Below are positions 33,901 to 40,576 of a stretch of DNA of 54,272 nt, piece after piece. The notes beneath the pieces are model-generated. The model saw only the letters and a program-made list of their open reading frames with translations. It was not told the DNA's origin and did not search any database. The position numbers were made by a program, and so were the translations under genes. Source of the stretch: a virus. Lineage: Duplodnaviria; Caudoviricetes. Each line of letters begins with the position of its first letter. Within the stretch, counting starts at the first letter, position 1. Location of the stretch: IMG/VR virus record IMGVR_UViG_3300012663_000565, positions 1-54,272 of that record, one strand, 5' to 3'.

Positions 33901-36605
33901 TTAGCCGCATACGGCACCATGTCACTAAAATAGTATGGGCTAGTAACCGGCGTATCTTTATTAAGAGTTTGTAAGATTAAATCTACATATGTCACTGGAT
34001 CTGTATCAATTCCTAATCTATCAGCAACTGAAATAAAATTTTTCTTAAATCTACCGTAAGCATCTCTAGATTCTTCAATTGCCCTTACAACATTATTTTC
34101 AGATGTAATATGATACAAACTTAAACTTGCAGGGCCGCTGTGTTGAACAAACCGTGTACCAAATGGTGTAACATTTCCTAAGTCTCGAATGTTTTCATGA
34201 TCTGGATCATATGTTTGATCCGTAATAGTTTGTGTATTACTAAATTCTTCAGATACTTCAAACGACTCAGGTATATTATCAATAATTGACCCTACGTGAT
34301 CAATTACTTCGCCGAGTGTAAAATATTCAATATTACCATTTAACGGATTATTTTGTAGATTAATAGGAATTTCATAATAACCAGTAGCATTAACCGGTTG
34401 TGATGCAAATGCTTTTATTGTTAGTACATCAGTTAGTGCAATGTCAGTATTAAGAACAACTGTTTTATAAACTGCACCTGTAGCAATTGTCCAACTAGAT
34501 TCATCTAGTCGAATTCCATTAACGTAGACTTTAACAACTAAATCATTTAAATTATTAACATCGTCAAATATATCAATATTAAAATTATTTGTTAAATTAG
34601 AATTCTTATAAATTCTAATTGCAGGTTGGTATGTAGTTACTCGACACTGTTGCCAGCCGTTAATATACGAGTTGTCTAATGTGTTAAGCAAGTACCCAAC
34701 ATCAATTTTTTGTGTTAAGGTAGTAGAAACTGATTTGTATATAAAACTATCTGTTGCAAGATTAAAATCAAAAACAATATCACCAATATTAGCAATATTC
34801 TTGTAGGATAGTGCAAAACCTAAATTCTTATCAACAGTTCCAGTCCCTACTTTATACGAAAATATTTTTGTACCAGTGAATGTCGATCCGTCATATACTG
34901 AAGTATTTCCAAAACTATTTCCGTTGCTATCAAACACATCAAATAGTGGAGGTTGATTTAACGTTGTTTTCTGTTGGGCAATATTCCATTCTGTACCAGT
35001 GTACCAGTACATTAGCCCTTGATTCTTAGCACCCTTCTTTACTAATGCTACTTGACCCAACACAGGATCAGATACTGGTTCTAAGTGAATTTGTCTAAAG
35101 CCGTTTAGATTTAAAAACTCAACTCTATAAATTCTATTCTTAACAAGAATGTCATTATCTGCCGTGAATAAAATACGCTGGCCTTGAGCTACTGGAATAT
35201 TATCAATATTATATCCTAATGATCCTTCAATTGTTGAAAATACATCTTTTGTAAAAGTGTCTATTAAATCAATATCATCGACTGCGGTTACTCCAAAATT
35301 AAATAATTTTAGATTTTTATTAAATTCAATAATTGGTCGAACTGCTCTAGCAGATTGATCTAACGATACTGTTTTATTATTGTACCTGGCGCTTGATTCG
35401 ATAACATCTTTATGGAACCAACGATTGTATCTGCTCCACGGATTGTAGTCGTTACTACCTCGATTTATAACAATATAATCGGGTGTTCCTGCAAATGAAC
35501 TAGCATCTTCAAACGGCATACTGTCAAACGGGGTTGTGTCAAATAGCACAGATTCGTCAGTAGTGTATGGACTAATTAACTGTAAAACTTTTTCGTTAAT
35601 TAGTTGAATAGAATCTCCAACACCTTCAACATAATATAGTCCTGAAGAATAAATTTCAGGAGTTACATTACCAATAAACTGAACTTTCATGCCGTTGCTT
35701 AATCTAGTACCGTCTGGTAGCACGTATGTCTTTTTGCCTAGTAAATCAGTTTCTACATTAATGCTAGTGTTATCTTCTATAGATGCAATTTCAAAAACAC
35801 CACCTAAATCAACGTCAGTTGTACTAACATAAAATAATAAATCTGGAGAAGTATACGGCACTGTAAAGGTAATTGTACCAGTTTCTACAGAATTTAAATT
35901 AGAAGAAACGGTACTAGCATATACAACACCGGTTGTGTATACATCACTATTTCCAGAAGATCGACCAGTTTTAATAGTGAATGGGTTGCCGGGGCTGTTA
36001 ACTTCAAACTTGTATGTTTGGCCGCGATATAACTTAATTGTAGGATTTTGTACTGGGCCGCCTGGAGAGAATATGTAAGTGTTATTATTACGCTCTGGTT
36101 GGATGTTTATCTGGTAAGTGCTTTCAACCTTGGTTTGTTGGCCGTAAATTTTAATCGAGTCAGGGCCCGACGGAATCCAATAGTAATTTTGAAAATTTAC
36201 AATTTTATCCCAGTTAATGTGCGGATCCCATGAATAAAATTCTTGTAAATTTAAACGGCTATGGTTGGATGTATTTGCCCCAAATACACCTAATTGATTA
36301 ATATAATCAATATAATCTTTAAAGTATGTAGTGTTGCCAATTTCATCTTTAATAACAATACCCGGCTCTAACTGATAATGCTGACGCACCTTGTCGGATG
36401 CGGATATAAACAGATCATCACCAGTTGTTGCTTTAGCATTTTCGCGGCCAATGTACCCGTTAATTTTTTTAACAGTACCCGGTTGTGTTAATTGATCAAG
36501 AGTTGCTGTAAGGAACTTTTTGTTTGCATCTGTTTGATAAAATTTAGGTAGGAACTCAGACGATGCTCCTGTTTTATTGCCGGTTGGGTTAACACTATCA
36601 GCCAT
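21945..36605 (-). CDS. Giant (4886 aa) baseplate wedge-like structural protein (gp7 position)
   Basis: A single 14.7-kb ORF coupled to the gp6-like gene. It contains FG-GAP-like propeller repeats, W....Y..G.IV.Y....Y repeats and GSGY..APTV repeats. Confidence 0.7.
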   Translation of the reverse strand: MADSVNPTGNKTGASSEFLPKFYQTDANKKFLTATLDQLTQPGTVKKINGYIGRENAKATTGDDLFISASDKVRQHYQLEPGIVIKDEIGNTTYFKDYIDYINQLGVFGANTSNHSRLNLQEFYSWDPHINWDKIVNFQNYYWIPSGPDSIKIYGQQTKVESTYQINIQPERNNNTYIFSPGGPVQNPTIKLYRGQTYKFEVNSPGNPFTIKTGRSSGNSDVYTTGVVYASTVSSNLNSVETGTITFTVPYTSPDLLFYVSTTDVDLGGVFEIASIEDNTSINVETDLLGKKTYVLPDGTRLSNGMKVQFIGNVTPEIYSSGLYYVEGVGDSIQLINEKVLQLISPYTTDESVLFDTTPFDSMPFEDASSFAGTPDYIVINRGSNDYNPWSRYNRWFHKDVIESSARYNNKTVSLDQSARAVRPIIEFNKNLKLFNFGVTAVDDIDLIDTFTKDVFSTIEGSLGYNIDNIPVAQGQRILFTADNDILVKNRIYRVEFLNLNGFRQIHLEPVSDPVLGQVALVKKGAKNQGLMYWYTGTEWNIAQQKTTLNQPPLFDVFDSNGNSFGNTSVYDGSTFTGTKIFSYKVGTGTVDKNLGFALSYKNIANIGDIVFDFNLATDSFIYKSVSTTLTQKIDVGYLLNTLDNSYINGWQQCRVTTYQPAIRIYKNSNLTNNFNIDIFDDVNNLNDLVVKVYVNGIRLDESSWTIATGAVYKTVVLNTDIALTDVLTIKAFASQPVNATGYYEIPINLQNNPLNGNIEYFTLGEVIDHVGSIIDNIPESFEVSEEFSNTQTITDQTYDPDHENIRDLGNVTPFGTRFVQHSGPASLSLYHITSENNVVRAIEESRDAYGRFKKNFISVADRLGIDTDPVTYVDLILQTLNKDTPVTSPYYFSDMVPYAANLKNSYTVVDYRIKTYPLTSVFSLDNLSTTAVLVYLNETQLLFGKDYSFDTQGFVVISATLQNDDVLTIYEYENTNGSFVPPTPTKLGIWPKYEPMIYEDTALVTPRMMIQGHDGSQILAYGDYRDDIILELEKRIFNNIKVQYDSDIFDILDIIPGYNRTTQYSLTEFNEVLSPSFYKWTSLIDRDFTKPLSYDRSNSLTFNYNGLASPDGREVPGYWRGVYRWMFDTDRPHSHPWEMLGFTIEPAWWTTVYGAAPFTSENKVMWQDIATGTIREPNKPATINAKFARPFIMDHIPADSDGNLVSPILSGLAIGIITQSATGDFVFGDVSPVEAAWRRSSYYPFSVLLASMLMHPAKTFGTLLDRSQVIRNLAGQLIYKDTGLRITPSDIILPNIYSSTTKTLTSGIINYIVDYILSDNLKSYTAYKYELENMSAKLTHRIGGFTSKEKFNLLLDSKTPLSQGSVFVPQEDYDIILNSSSPVKKITYSGIIITKLPDGFEVKGYSRTTPYFKYYGWTQSGITINVGGISESFMIWSTNSRYAAGKIVRFENSFYRTRSLHTTTTEFNPQYYEKLSRLPVVGGADGILRKAWDRDTTITVPYGTKFSSIQEVVDFILGYAEYLKDLGFVFDEYSTTQGAMYNWDTSVKEFLFWTTQNWSTGEDKWADWLPNQSFLFGDIVRYNGDYYSAITAIAPSATFDFEKFVKLEGLSTVGSSVISLSPAATKLTFVAPLAVADDIRNPFNGYDIFKVDGTPLTPNFLNSFRDTNSVSYIPTGPDGIFGASFYLVQKEQVIIINNTTMFNDTIYNAESGYRQERIKVAGYVSTNWNGSFDVPGFIFDQATIQLWEQWKDYNLGDIVKYKEFYYSAKTFLPGVELFNNSDWAKLKEKPTASLIPNWNYKATQFADFYSLDSDNFDNNQQQVAQHLIGYQKRQYLSNIIQDDVSEFKFYQGMIIEKGTQNVLNKLFDVLSADGKDSIDFYEEWAFRTGQYGASGAFENIEFVLDEAEFKNNPQGFELVNRIDNTIADFIIRKTANDIYVKPIGYNNTPWPIIKNYKPYLRTPGYVRPDQVKLVLSSIDDILTQDISTFVEGDAVWCGFDNNNWADYKGWNVYRYTDLSIDITDVKYTASTKELKLTTTVSIPLPVGSYIGITQASPINGFYKIKSISSNVITVSVPTTFTPPADPFTGLDSIIVLALKSQRAASIDVIDSVVGTSTKPGDYIWTDNIGSNKWGTWNYNPVYTASEINSTSPILDSARGRGIVLNSTSTLVAITNGLGEIEIYDRASINSRWTERDTIIKPFITIEPFGVAKPNYRGDIIAMSNDGTWLVTGIPLAENVCTNYVGDWVSGTSYALGKIVKHNSLFYQVRTPTINSLTDIIPPTANVTQWKKILYVPVDSTGQNSTLVGQGVVSIYKKDTNNIFTLVDTIISPSPSSNENFGSSVVFSGNNLFVGAVGYNNNAGRVYQLSYLTTVMANATYNPIGSSNNVIKVSNTLGIEVGMKVVGFGFSSGQYVAIVNDSNTLTLNAAPDIEPAGNLQFTILSWKYANDSGISATTQPGNKFGFSLSASTNGSTLAVSAPGTTQAGSLFIYANSTMDPTNFVQFTTLPGTDVRFAEGLAVSGDGSYIAASSVLYDGLKLDQGNVTVYKKTNTSYVQHQVLTNLNPETAAFFGSKLAFMNSGKTLVVYSPNADVRNVINFDAGTTTFDDATTDILYSRPDTGRIDIYDQYNVNWVFSESLQNLTDLNSEYGAGFGVGANSVVVGAPALVNNGTASGKIYEYKKAVNSYSWNLVHSEGNKPDIKKIKKAFLYNKLTNQLISYIDIIDSAQGKIPGIADQEIKYKTFYDPATYSVGTTNVTVDDGLAWASSQVGSLWWDLRNAKFIDSNDGSDVVYRNSTWNTLFPGASIDIFEWVSSTLLPADWDAQADTEAGLALGISGQSLYGNAAYSVSQKYDSISKTKKKTYYYWVKNKKITPPVPGRNLPASDVASLIGNPRGYGYKYLALTSTNSFSLVNIQPLLEDKDVVLSVEYWITDNIEQNIHSQWKLISTDINSIIPTALEQKWIDSLCGKDIADRVVPDSALPVKLQYGIENRPRQGMFVNRFEALKQVVEQVNAVLIKQLIVDTRNIANLELVDPAPSSITGLYDTEIDYNVELQYASIGTFRKPVVTPVIVDGRIVGINLIEKGNGYLRAPYIDVTGSGTGAKLRAIINSSGKIIDVEVISSGVGYDDTTILSVRNYSILVRSDELSNNVWSIYSYEPSTALWSRVRSQAYNTTLYWNYVDWFADGFNQFTSSDFLVNTFADLNNISPDIGKLVKIKTTSSSTWLLLQKTNNSPSVDWTQSYTVVGKENGTIQLSSALYEFSDTVYGYDGSLYDGTYFDNSAATELRVILNALKHDILIDNLRQEFLNLFFTSVRYAFTEQTYIDWAFKTSFVTARHNVGNLHQLVTYKNDNLSDYESYITEVKPYRTKVREYISNYASLDTSASSVTDFDLPPVFNDNSLEPIFTTSNGKIEANLDTINTYPWKHWLDNVGFVVTELSIIDGGSGYQIAPTVRITSNSGTGATARAFISNGAVNRIVLLTPGKGYLSAPTVELEGGTVGITARIIATIGKGVVRSNLIKMKFDRTTQTYFISSLQETDTLVGTGSQLQFPLTWAPDVRIGKATVTSKDRSSSYTVDVLRDTYALSTKKSTTRGYTSYSGLITFETAPANGAIITVSYLKDWSILNAADRIQFYYDPKTGDLGKDLAQLMTGIDYGGVVVNGMGFDIATGWDSLPYLADKWAITDTEFDDYIATVSAGTEIFTLPYTPSITDELNVYHAIFDVDTPEITNNTFNYNVQYVNPLVKVSTDVSTIGIVSEFVRASLVTSVIASEASGRDITVDSTVAFIDWMPISFSSTFAGLAAGTTFYVLPQFSSFKFSVSATVGGLAIELLTTTNQAVVVNIPRYLVLDDTTGIEEGMSIIGTGFAINPTPGSRQVVKNIINSTVVTISASPNNAPSGNLYFTKNVNLLSVLHVTSTAGLKVGDVLSITPNIPEAIQLNTTITEIIDSTRVQLNQLIIKDIVPNLTIVSPTLPTATFVRTLKLLADYTIPKSGTMTLALPLHPNNELTVSSLLSPVRVDSDILLPIVTDNEVDIGPLGITVNDGDQIIIRKSTSDGSIKPSELDYDTALSGGTLNTFAGAFTTASGIAPDEIIIDGDDFVSPTTSPAPEEVVPGQIVDAVAIKVFDKASTGSAAIRVDSYTADGTNREFKITQTPNSVWAVVVKTTEGYRDPTTQLLSSVSSIKTEKFSAIEDGDYSIDYPAGIIKFDVAPAEGLLISIFSIGFSGSNILDLDYFIGDGTTYEFITKAPWVDNVTSLVYVDGIPVSPQLFKTDNTYDAPNKIGLRFIIPPFNAEIINYIIVSGTQQTFAITKTQKIAPTGTDTYDLIYDVGDALPAESNMLVRVDQTFLKGPNNSYFKIAGTKVNYTIDSTKFLPYTVSINNIVVLAAGKLLELGKDYTVDLSGITIKINDLVRKANLNQQLVISIATGNEYQYIPRTNTTPPRIVFAQEYDDPTYIEVTSSYKHDILDVQRTAITVTSNLSITPDTTEYYNYFGVSGGYILLDRTVIDDNYVWVLKNGTLLTPSVDFKLNADKKSITLALSPDQTDEFTFITYGSNVLSAGVSYMQFKDILNRTHFKRLSANKQTRLATPLHYLDTTITLVDATNFDIPNPSKNRPGAIEIRGERIEYFAINGNVLSQLRRGTLGTGTPVTHPADAYVVDIGVSQTIPYTDSFITDKITIDNSSGIFVNSNITPTASPIDPWFTEFNYSLPLGTYSNTKQYLINDVVRANNYYYVNTVQYTIEIDPVTNLPIPSSITDPATSDKWMQIGTIPVNYSQADDIEVFVGGTRLKKKPFKTYSPLVHPESPEGDEVHEAEFSVNGTSTIRLTNPVAPGTIVTIVKRTGLDWDGKTTPNILIDDGKIANFLKATPGIWHTNIQKS

Positions 36606-39600
36606 TCGTTGCTCCGTACTTTGAACTTGTTACGTTTTGTTGTGTTAGGTTTACTGCGGTTGCAGGTGTGCCTGTGATTGATTTGATCAAACTTGGGGTA
36701 ATGCTAGGTATAATTTCAATGTCATTAACTGTTGCTCCGTTGATAAACAATTGATCACTTGCTGCTTTAATTTCAAATAGACTACCAAAATTTAGTCCTG
36801 TTTGTCTAGGGACAATTACAAAATTAGAAATGTCAGGACTTAATTGAGTTGTAACGTATGTTGCTAATTCTGTAAAATAAAATGTATCACCAAAGTCCCA
36901 ATTTTCTAAAGCAAAAAATTGATTAATTGCAGTTATTGCTCGGACCTTAATATCGTTGTCTGATACTACTTGCGAAGAATTTTTAACAATTTTAAATGAC
37001 GCTTGTAAGTCTGCATCTGCAATAGTGCCAAATAATATTTTATAACTTATAGGATGGTAAATTACTTCATCAGAAATAGTTTTAATTAAATTCAAATTAG
37101 GCGATATTACATCATATAGTTCTGCAGAGCTCGGTGGCAGTGGCTTATTAATAGGAGCGCCATCAACCCACTGACGGAATAATGTGTCATACCCTTTTGT
37201 TAGTACAAATACATCAATGATGTTGCTTGGGCTAGGATCAATCCTAGAATTATAATCTGCACTATGCTGATACTGGAATTTTAATGCATCTCTACCCTGA
37301 AATACTTTGTAATCTAACGTTGGAATTAACGCATTAATAGCATTAGCTTTAACTACCGTGTCCGTGTCTACAATATAATAATATCGACCAGGTGTAATGT
37401 TAGTTGCTAAATTTTTAGTAGCTACAATAGTAACAACGCTGTTGTTAGGATTGGCAACATACCTGTAATCATCCTGCCCTTGACTTATTGTGTATTTTTC
37501 TTGTAGGATATATTTTTTCCAATCTGCCGGATTAGGCATAACAATATTATTGAATAATTCTGGATTGTCAACGACACCGTTATTATCAGAATCTGCAAAT
37601 GTAACAACAATCTTTTTATTATCAACGTAACCGTCTAAGCCGCTATATTCAGAAACAATTTCCCACGCTTGATCAATAGTAAAAGGAAGAGTTCCGTTTG
37701 CACTAGCTGGATCGGAATTAACACTTAATACCTTAATAGAGTCTTTAATAATAGAATTGCTTCTGCTATCGTAAATTGTAGCAGAAGAATCATAGAAAAA
37801 TCTAATTTCAGTATCACTTTCAAATATGTAACGCTGTTCTCTACTAGTCACTGTATAAAATTCATTATCAGTTGTAAACAATAATAGCCAACTAGCATCT
37901 TGTTTTTTACCCGAAATATCGCCTTGTTTTGCTAGACTAAATTTATCTATAGAATTAATGTTTGGTTCAAACACAATTTGCCACTGTTGGTCAGTTGCAT
38001 TATATCGTAATCCAAAAGGTTTATTACTAGCAATTAAATCAATCATTGTAGTAATAACGCTGGTATCTATTACTGTTCTCCACTTAGGAATAATTTGTGT
38101 AATAATGCTCAGTGAAGGAACTGTCTGGTTTAAAACAATAGGGCCAAAGCCAGTTGCTAATATACCATTACCTACCGCAGTTCCGTCATCTACAATGCTA
38201 ACCACCTCAGCCCATATTGATGTTGTTGCACCTGAAGGCAATCCTGATACCGGTGTAGTGATTAATTTATTAGAGTCTAAAGTGTCAAAATATTTTCCGG
38301 CTGGAGCAGTAAATTTAATTAATGCACCAGGATTAAAATATTTTAAATCTGTAATAGCATAATTTTTACCAACTTTATAAATGGCTGAAGTTACTGCGTC
38401 GCCAACATAACCGCTAGATGTGTTTAAATCTGATGTTACGTTATTCCATGCAATATTAAGACTTACAGTAATATAGTTAACAAATTTTGAATAATATAAA
38501 TTTCTTAAATTATCTTTCTTAATAATGTTAAAAATATCATTGTAGATAATGCCGTCAATATCAGTTTTATTGTTGTAGGAAAATCTTAACTGTCCGTTAT
38601 ATTCTTCAGTATACAATACACCGTCACTAGCAAACATATTAGTAGAACTATACTTGCCTGTAGCATCAGCTAAATCAAAATATCTGCTAATACCAGAGCT
38701 AGTCCTATTAACTGCTTTTACTTTTGCAACTTGTGTGTTAACAGACAACGGACTAATATTATAATCCTCGCCGGTAACCATTCTATTTTGTGTATAGTAA
38801 GTTGCAGGAGCATTGGCTTTAATACTAGCATTGCTTTCAGTTGTAGCTGAATTAGAAACAGAAGATGCAAGTGCTGTAGTAATTGTTAATGTATGCAGTT
38901 GCCCTTGGGCTGAAAAATAATCTACGTTGATAGCAACGTTTTTAATTTCTTTAGGATTAATAGTATATTCTAATCCATTACTAATACGATAGTAAGTTCT
39001 AAATGATCCTAACGGTAAATTACCAAATGTGCCATCACTAAACTGTAAACTAATTCTATCGCCTGCACGAGTTACAACAGCATATATGTCTCTAATATCT
39101 TTTTTAACGCTGTTATAGATAATGTTGTTTCCTTCAAAATTAGACACTTGAGTCCACGCAGTATTTTCAACTCCGTTAGCATCTAGTTTATATAACCATA
39201 CATCAGTATTGTTAATATTAACAGAATCAATATCAATTGACTCGTTACTACTAGGTTGAGCAATGGTAAACGATCCAGTGTTTAGTGTGCCCTGAACAAA
39301 GTTTAAAAAGAACCCGCTTGCACTACTTCCTAATCCTCTGCCGTCATCACGATAAACAAATGCAAGTTTATTTCCAATTTTTGGAGCTTCTTCGTAAATG
39401 AAAGACTCGCCGTTAAAAGTTGTGCTAGTAATTTCAAAATTCATTGATCGGCCGTTTACTGTCTTTGTAAATGCAAAAACAGGTACATCAGCGTTAGCAC
39501 TGTTGAATCTATATTGCTCTGTTGGTATTCCGTATATTGAAGCACTGTCTGCGGGTCTACCAAATTGCTGTGTGCTAGGTAATGCCGCATTAACAACTTT

Positions 39601-40071
39601 AATAAATTGATCGTACCAGTTAGCATTACTTGGATCGTTCCAAGTAATAGTTTGTCCCGATAAGTTTCTACCATTACTGTCAACAACACTTTCTGTTGTA
39701 GATATTGTAGTAAACTTTAATAAGCCACGACTAGCAATGTTACGTTTAGCATTATAGCTAATCATACGGGCTAATCGAAGCACACTTTCTCGACGATCTG
39801 CAAGCTCTAAAAAGTTTTCACGAGCATTTAAATCAATACGGAAAGCTATGCTTTGGCCCAAGAACGCAATAAGGTCGATTAGGGCAAGGTATTCGCTTGA
39901 TTCAATATAATCGTTAAAATCTTCAGGATAATTTGTACGAATGTAATCAATCATAGTACGGCGAAGATTTTCAAAATCGTAGCTTTGAAAGTCTGCATTA
40001 CGGAATGACTGATAAACTTTTTTCCAGTCTTCAGAGACTAATAGTCTGTTTTGTCTAGTTGTTACACTCAT
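36598..40071 (-). CDS. Baseplate wedge subunit, T4 gp6-like
   Basis: DFENLR..MIDY...EDFNDYIESS, ENFLELA.RRESVLRLARMISY, FSDG.FG..P, QNRMVTGEDY. Confidence 0.85.
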   Translation of the reverse strand: MSVTTRQNRLLVSEDWKKVYQSFRNADFQSYDFENLRRTMIDYIRTNYPEDFNDYIESSEYLALIDLIAFLGQSIAFRIDLNARENFLELADRRESVLRLARMISYNAKRNIASRGLLKFTTISTTESVVDSNGRNLSGQTITWNDPSNANWYDQFIKVVNAALPSTQQFGRPADSASIYGIPTEQYRFNSANADVPVFAFTKTVNGRSMNFEITSTTFNGESFIYEEAPKIGNKLAFVYRDDGRGLGSSASGFFLNFVQGTLNTGSFTIAQPSSNESIDIDSVNINNTDVWLYKLDANGVENTAWTQVSNFEGNNIIYNSVKKDIRDIYAVVTRAGDRISLQFSDGTFGNLPLGSFRTYYRISNGLEYTINPKEIKNVAINVDYFSAQGQLHTLTITTALASSVSNSATTESNASIKANAPATYYTQNRMVTGEDYNISPLSVNTQVAKVKAVNRTSSGISRYFDLADATGKYSSTNMFASDGVLYTEEYNGQLRFSYNNKTDIDGIIYNDIFNIIKKDNLRNLYYSKFVNYITVSLNIAWNNVTSDLNTSSGYVGDAVTSAIYKVGKNYAITDLKYFNPGALIKFTAPAGKYFDTLDSNKLITTPVSGLPSGATTSIWAEVVSIVDDGTAVGNGILATGFGPIVLNQTVPSLSIITQIIPKWRTVIDTSVITTMIDLIASNKPFGLRYNATDQQWQIVFEPNINSIDKFSLAKQGDISGKKQDASWLLLFTTDNEFYTVTSREQRYIFESDTEIRFFYDSSATIYDSRSNSIIKDSIKVLSVNSDPASANGTLPFTIDQAWEIVSEYSGLDGYVDNKKIVVTFADSDNNGVVDNPELFNNIVMPNPADWKKYILQEKYTISQGQDDYRYVANPNNSVVTIVATKNLATNITPGRYYYIVDTDTVVKANAINALIPTLDYKVFQGRDALKFQYQHSADYNSRIDPSPSNIIDVFVLTKGYDTLFRQWVDGAPINKPLPPSSAELYDVISPNLNLIKTISDEVIYHPISYKILFGTIADADLQASFKIVKNSSQVVSDNDIKVRAITAINQFFALENWDFGDTFYFTELATYVTTQLSPDISNFVIVPRQTGLNFGSLFEIKAASDQLFINGATVNDIEIIPSITPSLIKSITGTPATAVNLTQQNVTSSKYGATNG

Positions 40072-40090
40072 GATTTATCCTATATAACGA

Positions 40091-40097
40091 TATTTAT
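40091..40097 (-). promoter_or_regulatory. Late promoter-like box
   Basis: ATAAATA on the minus strand upstream of ATG 40071. Confidence 0.6.
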
Positions 40098-40119
40098 CGA
40101 ATATAATTAAGTGGGTATT

Positions 40120-40563
40120 TTAAGCTACTAGCAATCCGTTATTTTGATCGAATCGCAATTGTAGCTCTTGTTGGATGTTATACAGGCGGTATGTTAATAT
40201 ACATTCTATTTGTATTCCGCTTTCGTAAGAGGTTACTGTAACCCTTGATGCTATAACTCTTGGATCGTAATTAATAATAGTATTAACGTTTTCTGTAATT
40301 ACATACTTGACTTCATCAGTCAACGGTTCATATAACATATCCCATATGATAGTACCAAATAAAGGATCCATTAATTTTTCACCCTGACGTACATGGAAAT
40401 GATTAATAATGTCTTGTTTAATTAATTCAAAATCAAACAGACTAAAGTTTTCAGATGATCTGTTGACTGTACTAAACCCTTTGTAAATTTTAGAGCTAGT
40501 GTTATCTAACGTCCGTACCGCAGGTAATTTAATCTTGTCATATAAATTTGAATTTGAGCTCAT
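40120..40563 (-). CDS. Baseplate wedge subunit, gp25-like
   Basis: GEKLMDPLFGTIIWDMLYEP...INYDPRV gp25/GpW motif. Confidence 0.85.
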   Translation of the reverse strand: MSSNSNLYDKIKLPAVRTLDNTSSKIYKGFSTVNRSSENFSLFDFELIKQDIINHFHVRQGEKLMDPLFGTIIWDMLYEPLTDEVKYVITENVNTIINYDPRVIASRVTVTSYESGIQIECILTYRLYNIQQELQLRFDQNNGLLVA

Positions 40564-40576
40564 AATGGTATCCTAG

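Noticed and set aside
21945-36605. Intein or stop-codon recoding as the explanation for the giant ORF
   Set aside because: I saw no intein-like splice junction or LAGLIDADG motifs. Genes are intact and tightly packed under the standard code, with TAA, TGA and TAG all used as stops.
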